A stretch of 64,000 nucleotides of DNA from an uncultured Gemmatimonadaceae bacterium (lineage in GTDB: Bacteria > Gemmatimonadota > Gemmatimonadetes > Gemmatimonadales > GWC2-71-9): assembly GCA_964487785.1 (NCBI GenBank), contig CAZASU010000002.1:5020-69019 (forward strand), in the 5' to 3' direction. This document shows, piece after piece, positions 59,497 through 64,000 of the stretch (its first letter is position 1; each line of letters starts with the position of its first letter). The notes below the pieces were generated by a model. The model ran no database searches and was not told the origin of the DNA. It saw only the letters and a list, made by a program, of their open reading frames with translations. The translations under genes were made by a program, and so were the position numbers.

Positions 59497-60579
59497 GTGA
59501 TGACCCCTTCCCGATCCGCTGTTCGCTTGACCCTGGCTTCCCTCATGGCTGGGGTCTGGTCGTGTGCTGAGACGTCGGCGCCGCTTCCTCCGCCGGAGGA
59601 GGTCGTGGTCGTCCTCAACACCGCTGCTGCCACCCTGAGCCTGGTCCCGGTTGCCGCGCCAACCCAGGTCTCGACCATCCCGCTTGGGGCCTCGGATGTG
59701 TTGCCCGTCAGTGTGGCCACCCGGGGAGCCACCGCGGTGATCCCTCTCCGCGGGAGGGATGCCCTGGCGGTAGTGGACCTCCGGGAAGGGACCTTGGTGA
59801 ATACCATCGCCCTCGCTCCCGGCTCCGGGGTGGCGGGGGCGGCGCTCATCGGCGATTCCATCGCTTACGTCTCCAATTCCAACCTCAATACGGTTACCCG
59901 GGTCGATCTGGCGACCGGCGACACGGCCAGCACCGTCGTCGGCCCCTCACCGCAGCATGTGACCTTTACCCGCGGCCGCGTGCTGGTCATGAACTCCAAT
60001 CTGGATACCCTGGGAAAACCTGCCGGAGAGAGCTCGATCAGTGTAATCGACCCATCGCGCGACCCTGCAACTGCCCGGGTCGACCAGATCCCACTCGTGG
60101 GACCTGGAAATGCCCGGTTCAGCACCATAGCAGGAGATGGCATGGTGTACGTCATACAGGAGGGTGACGCCGCGGTGGACGAGGGGCGGCTCTCGATCGT
60201 GGACCCGGTCGACCGCCGTGAATTGGCAAGCTTCGGCGGGCTCGGCTTCGGCCCAGGTGACCTGACCGCGGACAATGGCGAGCGGCTTCTGATCAGCTCC
60301 CGCACCGAAGGGCTCATGCTGTTCGATACTGCGGAGCGCACCGTGATTCGCGGGGAAGGAAACGGGGTCGTGATCCCGGCCAACACCGGCGTGGCAGTGG
60401 ACTCCCAGGGACGGATCTATGCCCTGGAGGCTGGGTGCTCGGGCACTGGGGTCGTCCACGTGCTTCGGCCTGACTTCACCGAGATACGGTCGGTGCCGGT
60501 CGGACGGTGCGCCAGTCAGGCGCTGCTCGCGCGGGTGCCGGCCGCCGGCGCCGAGAATACCGACGAGCCACCGTTGTAG
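59497..60579 (+). CDS. putative lipoprotein with seven beta-propeller-like repeats
   Basis: Lipobox-like LMAGVWSC. Seven spaced strand motifs end in [VI]D[LP]-like turns: LSLVPV, LAVVDL, VTRVDL, ISVIDP, LSIVDP, LMLFDT, VVHVLRP. This resembles YVTN/YncE-type propellers. Lies 44 nt downstream of btuB. Confidence 0.5.
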   Translation: MMTPSRSAVRLTLASLMAGVWSCAETSAPLPPPEEVVVVLNTAAATLSLVPVAAPTQVSTIPLGASDVLPVSVATRGATAVIPLRGRDALAVVDLREGTLVNTIALAPGSGVAGAALIGDSIAYVSNSNLNTVTRVDLATGDTASTVVGPSPQHVTFTRGRVLVMNSNLDTLGKPAGESSISVIDPSRDPATARVDQIPLVGPGNARFSTIAGDGMVYVIQEGDAAVDEGRLSIVDPVDRRELASFGGLGFGPGDLTADNGERLLISSRTEGLMLFDTAERTVIRGEGNGVVIPANTGVAVDSQGRIYALEAGCSGTGVVHVLRPDFTEIRSVPVGRCASQALLARVPAAGAENTDEPPL

Positions 60580-60584
60580 CGCCC

Positions 60585-61346
60585 ATGCCCCCGGTCTCCA
60601 CGCCCGCCATCGTCCTTTCCACGCTCAGATACAGCGAGACCTCCAAGATCGTTCGGCTCGCCACCCGGGAGCACGGTGTGCAGAGCGTCATCGCGAAAGG
60701 CGCCTTGCGTCCAAAGAGCCGCTTCGGGGCCTCCCTCCAGCTCCTGAGTGAAGGGCAGGCGCAGTTTCTACTGAAAGAGCACCGGGAGCTGCACCTTCTT
60801 ACCAGCTTCGATCTGAGGCGGCTCCATGTCGGGCTTGCAACCGGGCTGGAGCGGTATGCCGTGGCCTGCGCACTCAGCGAAGTCATGCTCCGCTTTGCCC
60901 CGCCCGATCCCCACCCCGAGAGTTTCGATCTGCTACGACATGCGCTGGAAGAGCTGGAGGTTGCGCCCCTGTCGAGCGTCGAGGCCCTTGGTTACCGCCT
61001 GCTGTGGCAGATGGTGAGCGTGCTGGGTTTCGAGCCCTCGCTCGATGCCTGCGTCATCGATGGCACTCCGCTGCCAGGAAGTGGACCGCTGCCGTTCAGT
61101 ACCCGGGAAGGAGGAGCGCTGTGTCCGGTCTGTGCCGCCCAACACGGTGCCACTCAGCTTCCGGAGCAAGCCCGGGCTGACCTCGAAGCGCTTATGGATT
61201 CCGGCATTGCGCTGCCGGTGCTCGATGAGAAACACGGGGCGGCCCACCGCCGGCTGCTGGCTCGGTACATCCGCTATCACCTGGGTGAGGGTGCTGAGCT
61301 TCCGGCCCTCGAATTCTGGACCCAGCGTCCCTGGGTGGCAGCGTGA
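60585..61346 (+). CDS. recO: DNA repair protein RecO
   Basis: ATG 60585 gives MPPVSTPAIVLSTLRYSETSKIVRL (OB-fold start typical of RecO). C-terminal CPVC zinc motif. Confidence 0.8.
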   Translation: MPPVSTPAIVLSTLRYSETSKIVRLATREHGVQSVIAKGALRPKSRFGASLQLLSEGQAQFLLKEHRELHLLTSFDLRRLHVGLATGLERYAVACALSEVMLRFAPPDPHPESFDLLRHALEELEVAPLSSVEALGYRLLWQMVSVLGFEPSLDACVIDGTPLPGSGPLPFSTREGGALCPVCAAQHGATQLPEQARADLEALMDSGIALPVLDEKHGAAHRRLLARYIRYHLGEGAELPALEFWTQRPWVAA

Positions 61347-63187
61347 TCATCGGCACCGCGGGTCATATCGACCACGGAAAGTCCGCCCTGGTAAGCGCGC
61401 TTACCGGGAGGCCGATGGACCGTCTGCTGGAGGAGAAGCGGCGGGAGATCACCATCGAGCTCAACTTCGCGCCACTCGATCTGGGCTCTGGCCGGGTCGC
61501 GGGAGTCGTGGATGTCCCCGGCCATGAGGACTTCGTCCGCACTATGGTGGCAGGAGCGTCGGGTATCGATCTGGTGCTTCTCGTGGTTGCCGCTGACGAG
61601 GGCATCATGCCGCAGACCGAGGAGCACCTCGCCATCCTGGAACAGTTGGGAGTGCCGGCCGGAATCCCGGTCATCACCAAGGCTGACCTGGTCGACAGCG
61701 AGTGGCTTCAGTTGGTGGCCACCGAGATCACCGAGCGATTGGCCGTCTCTCCACTCGCCTTCGAGCCACCCCTCGCCGTCTCCGCGAGGAACGGCAGTGG
61801 GATAGAGGCGCTTCGCGAGCGGCTGGTGGCCCGTGCGAGTGCCCTGCCAACGAGGGTTTCGGGCGACGGATTCAGGATGCCGATCGACCGGAGTTTTTCC
61901 CTCCCCGGTGTCGGTACCGTCGTGACCGGCACGTCGTGGTCCGGCCGACTCGGCATCGGCGACCCGGTCATCGTGCTGCCGGCGGGCCTCCGGGCGCGGG
62001 TACGATCCCTCGAGAGCTACGGGCATGCGGTCGAGCGAAGCGAGCCCAGGGCCCGGACCGCGGTCGGCCTGGCGGGTGTGGAACGACGTGCGGTGGGCCG
62101 GGGAGACGTCCTGGTTACCGACGAGCTTCCCTGGGTAGCCGCGTCTGCGTTGGATGTGGAGATCACGCTACTGCCGGGTGCGGCGCGGCCGTTGAAGCCG
62201 CGAACTCGCGTTCGGCTCCATCACGGCACCGCGGAGGTCATGGCGCGCGTCCTGCCGCGCGTGCCGATCGAGCCGGGAGGGACAAGGATGGCCCGGCTCT
62301 CACTCGAGAAACCTCTGGTAGCCTGCGCCGAGGACCGGTTCGTGCTCCGGAGCTACAGTCCCGTCACCACCATCGGTGGTGGTCGGGTGCTCGACCCGTT
62401 CCCTCCCGGACGTCGCAGCGCGTGGCCGGGAGGGTTCGCATCGCCCGATCCGGCCGAGCGCTTCCGGGCCGCGCTCCTACGCCGGAGCGAGGGGATTCAA
62501 GCCGACGTCCTCCCGCTCCTGCTTGGCCTTCCCCGAGCAGCGGCCGCGGAGGTGGCGCGGGCTGAGGCCACTGCGCGCCTGGTGGGTGACGTCTGGGTCA
62601 CGACCAGCGCGGTGGAAGAAGTCGGCACCCGTGCCGTCGTGGCGCTGCGGGACTATCACCGGCAGCACATCAGTGATCCCGGGATGCCGCTGGAGACGCT
62701 CAGGCATTCGCTCCACGCCCGGGATGTCGTGGTGGAGGCCGCATTGAGCGACTTCGCCCGGGCCGGCCGCCTGCGCCGAATCGACGGGGTCGTCGCCCTG
62801 GACGGTTTCGTACCCCATGTGGTCGGTGGAGACTCGGTGATCGATCGGGTCGTTCGAATCCTGCTCGAGGCCCATCTCAATCCACCTTCCGTGCCGGAGC
62901 TGGAGCGTACCACCGGCCGTCGCGATCTCCTCGCGGTTCTGCGTCTGGCCGCGGCACGGGGACAGGTCGAGGCCGTGGAGCGAGATCGCTATTATACGCG
63001 CGAGGCCCTCGACCAGTTCACCTCGGTCTTGAACGATCTGGGCCAGCAAGGGGAGATCATCCCGGCCGCCGTCCGAGAGCGGCTCGGCCTCACCCGGAAA
63101 TATCTCATTCCTCTGCTGGAGTGGGCGGACGGCAGGGGTATTACGGTGAGGGTAGGGGAGGGGAGGAAGCTGAAGCAAAAGGTCTAG
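61343..63187 (+). CDS. selB: selenocysteine-specific translation elongation factor SelB
   Basis: 614 aa. GTPase motifs GTAGHIDHGKS, DVPGHE and TKAD. A long C-terminal winged-helix region ends ...YLIPLLEWADGRGITVRVG, typical of the SelB mRNA-binding domain. GTGA overlap with recO. Confidence 0.88.
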   Translation: MIIGTAGHIDHGKSALVSALTGRPMDRLLEEKRREITIELNFAPLDLGSGRVAGVVDVPGHEDFVRTMVAGASGIDLVLLVVAADEGIMPQTEEHLAILEQLGVPAGIPVITKADLVDSEWLQLVATEITERLAVSPLAFEPPLAVSARNGSGIEALRERLVARASALPTRVSGDGFRMPIDRSFSLPGVGTVVTGTSWSGRLGIGDPVIVLPAGLRARVRSLESYGHAVERSEPRARTAVGLAGVERRAVGRGDVLVTDELPWVAASALDVEITLLPGAARPLKPRTRVRLHHGTAEVMARVLPRVPIEPGGTRMARLSLEKPLVACAEDRFVLRSYSPVTTIGGGRVLDPFPPGRRSAWPGGFASPDPAERFRAALLRRSEGIQADVLPLLLGLPRAAAAEVARAEATARLVGDVWVTTSAVEEVGTRAVVALRDYHRQHISDPGMPLETLRHSLHARDVVVEAALSDFARAGRLRRIDGVVALDGFVPHVVGGDSVIDRVVRILLEAHLNPPSVPELERTTGRRDLLAVLRLAAARGQVEAVERDRYYTREALDQFTSVLNDLGQQGEIIPAAVRERLGLTRKYLIPLLEWADGRGITVRVGEGRKLKQKV

Positions 63188-63305
63188 AGTCGAGAGTCGA
63201 GAGTCCGCAGGTGGCTTCGGAGGTCGTACACGCAAGCCCCTAGACTCTAGACCTTAGACTCTAGACTAGTCTAACACCCTTGACTCCAGACTCTCGACTC
63301 TAGAC
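63182..63305. repeat. 124-nt element bounded by a perfect 17-bp inverted repeat made of heptamer words
   Basis: Left arm GTCTAGAGTCGAGAGTC (63182-63198) is the exact reverse complement of GACTCTCGACTCTAGAC (63289-63305). The interior has TAGACTC/TAGACCT tandem words and the 12-nt palindrome TAGACTAGTCTA (63262-63273). The selB stop TAG (63185-63187) lies in the left arm. Confidence 0.8.
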
Positions 63306-63388
63306 CTTCACCCTAGAAGGTGCCGACGCCGTATTCCGACAGCACGGAGGTGCCACTACCGTTCCACATGTCGTTCGAAGGAGCGCCC

Positions 63389-63826
63389 ATGGTCCGCTTT
63401 GCGTGGCCGGGGTGGTGGCTCGGGCTTCTGGTGGGAGCAGGCCCCCCGGTAGCGGCACAGGCGAATGTGCTCCCTCCGAGGGTCGAGCTGAAGGAGAACT
63501 ACCCCAATCCGTTTTTCCCGGCAACGACGATCCCGTTCGAAATTTCCCGGGCGGTGTGCGCGAGGGGTCATCAGCCGGTGGTCAGCCTGAAGATCTACAA
63601 TGTGCTGGTGCAGGTGGTCGCGATTCCGACCTTGGCGAATGGATCGAGCGAACGGGTGGATAGCCTTCGCTTGCGCTGTGGAGAGTATCGGGCCTTCTGG
63701 GACGGGCAGTACCTGGATGGAGAACAGGAGGCCACTCCGGGAGTCTATTACTACCAGCTCACGGTCGATGGCGAGCGGTTTACCAGGAAGATGATCGCCC
63801 AGAGGAAGATCGCGAGCCAGAAGTGA
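63389..63826 (+). CDS. small secreted protein consisting of a signal peptide plus a T9SS-CTD / FlgD-Ig-like domain
   Basis: ATG 63389 after GAAGGAG. Signal peptide ...PPVAAQA. The stretch LKENYPNPFFPATTIPFEI...VSLKIYNVLVQVV...WDGQ...GVYYYQLTVDGERFTRKMI fits the NYPNPF-type C-terminal sorting / FlgD Ig-like pattern. No other domain. Confidence 0.55.
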   Translation: MVRFAWPGWWLGLLVGAGPPVAAQANVLPPRVELKENYPNPFFPATTIPFEISRAVCARGHQPVVSLKIYNVLVQVVAIPTLANGSSERVDSLRLRCGEYRAFWDGQYLDGEQEATPGVYYYQLTVDGERFTRKMIAQRKIASQK

Positions 63827-63832
63827 TCGCGC

Positions 63833-63861
63833 GAGGCAGCCGTTCAAAGGCTGCCTCTTTG
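63833..63861 (+). terminator. Rho-independent-like terminator
   Basis: Perfect 9-bp stem GAGGCAGCC / GGCTGCCTC with a 7-nt loop GTTCAAA, followed by TTTG. Lies 7 nt after the stop at 63826. The U-tract is short. Confidence 0.6.
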
Positions 63862-63901
63862 CGTGCTGCTTCTGAGCTTCCACCAAACCCGCCGGCCCCG
63901 G

Positions 63902-63932
63902 CTTGAGCTGGGACGCCGGATTGCGCCCATGT
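63902..63932 (+). promoter_or_regulatory. sigma32-like heat-shock promoter candidate
   Basis: CTTGAG (63902-63907), a 17-nt spacer, then GCCCATGT (63925-63932). The E. coli sigma32 consensus is CTTGAA-N13-17-CCCCATnT. Lies directly upstream of a ClpB-like start. Confidence 0.25.
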
Positions 63933-63940
63933 GAGGGCCT

Positions 63941-64000
63941 ATGATCCGACCAGAGCGATTGACGATAAAGGCGCAGGAAGCGCTTCGGGATGCCGGCGAG
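63941..64000 (+). CDS. clpB: probable chaperone ClpB, first 20 codons only (3' end outside window)
   Basis: MIRPERLTIKAQEALRDAGE resembles ClpB N-termini (M..drlT.kaqeAL..A). The ORF is open to the window edge. The fragment is very short. Confidence 0.4.
   Translation, partial: MIRPERLTIKAQEALRDAGE

Noticed and set aside
61343-63187. A selenoprotein gene with in-frame TGA adjacent to selB.
   Set aside because: Flanking ORFs (recO, the propeller lipoprotein, the CTD protein) are continuous. No adjacent same-frame ORF pair is separated by a single TGA.
63182-63305. Calling the inverted-repeat element a mobile element (IS or MITE).
   Set aside because: It has no transposase and no visible target-site duplication, and only one copy is in the window. 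It is kept as a repeat with MITE-like as one hypothesis only.
63188-63388. Possible tRNA-Sec (selC) or other tRNA in the gap after selB. The gaps 18642-18879 and 34379-34586 were also checked for tRNA or sRNA.
   Set aside because: There is no T-loop-like GGTTCGAATCC context, no acceptor-stem complementarity and no cloverleaf-compatible spacing. The gaps are explained by repeat elements.

Overview
GC-rich bacterial chromosomal window with about 62 tightly packed protein genes, all but three on the + strand. Envelope genes indicate a Gram-negative cell plan. An NYPNPF-type C-terminal domain and the repeat style suggest a Gemmatimonadota/FCB-like lineage, but this is inference only.

Gene content in order:
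- Division and cell wall (dcw) cluster: murE (5' truncated), murF, mraY, murD, ftsW, murG, murC, ftsQ, ftsA, ftsZ, followed by a coupled LytM/M23 endopeptidase.
- hisA, a vWA membrane protein, ftsY and recG.
- A small minus-strand island: a BamB-like propeller plus a small envelope protein.
- asnS, then mazG (minus strand).
- alr, DUF1844, deoB, cdd, a lipoprotein, a FadL-like barrel, miaB, a ComFB-like protein and comEC.
- fbp, a methylmalonyl-CoA mutase catalytic subunit, an FmdB zinc ribbon, argS, a PfkB kinase, purM and an outer-membrane protein.
- ribD-ribE-ribBA-ribH-nusB, then a GT4 glycosyltransferase.
- hpf-hprK plus a complete mannose-family PTS with ptsH and ptsI.
- metK-ahcY, a BFN nuclease and a hypothetical protein.
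- A cobalamin riboswitch followed by btuF-btuC-btuD-btuB and a beta-propeller lipoprotein.
- recO-selB, a stand-alone CTD-like protein, and the first 20 codons of a probable clpB.

Roughly half of the gene junctions are 1-8 nt start/stop overlaps (ATGA, GTGA, TGATG). I saw no rRNA, tRNA, CRISPR array, transposase, integrase or recognisable defence system. This is mainly a housekeeping region.

The features least explained by ordinary annotation are:
1. Gene-boundary hairpins built from tandem 7-8 nt words followed by the complementary words. One of them is absorbed into the ftsW/murG coding junction.
2. A REP-like 25-nt hairpin motif present three times with compensatory stem changes.
3. A seven-repeat beta-propeller lipoprotein directly after the riboswitch-controlled btuB, possibly analogous to BtuG.
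4. hpf-hprK joined to a full Man-type PTS in one overlapping gene string.
5. A ComFB-like protein directly upstream of comEC.

Many ORF-track starts were moved downstream to starts that fit family N-termini and overlap the upstream stop codon.
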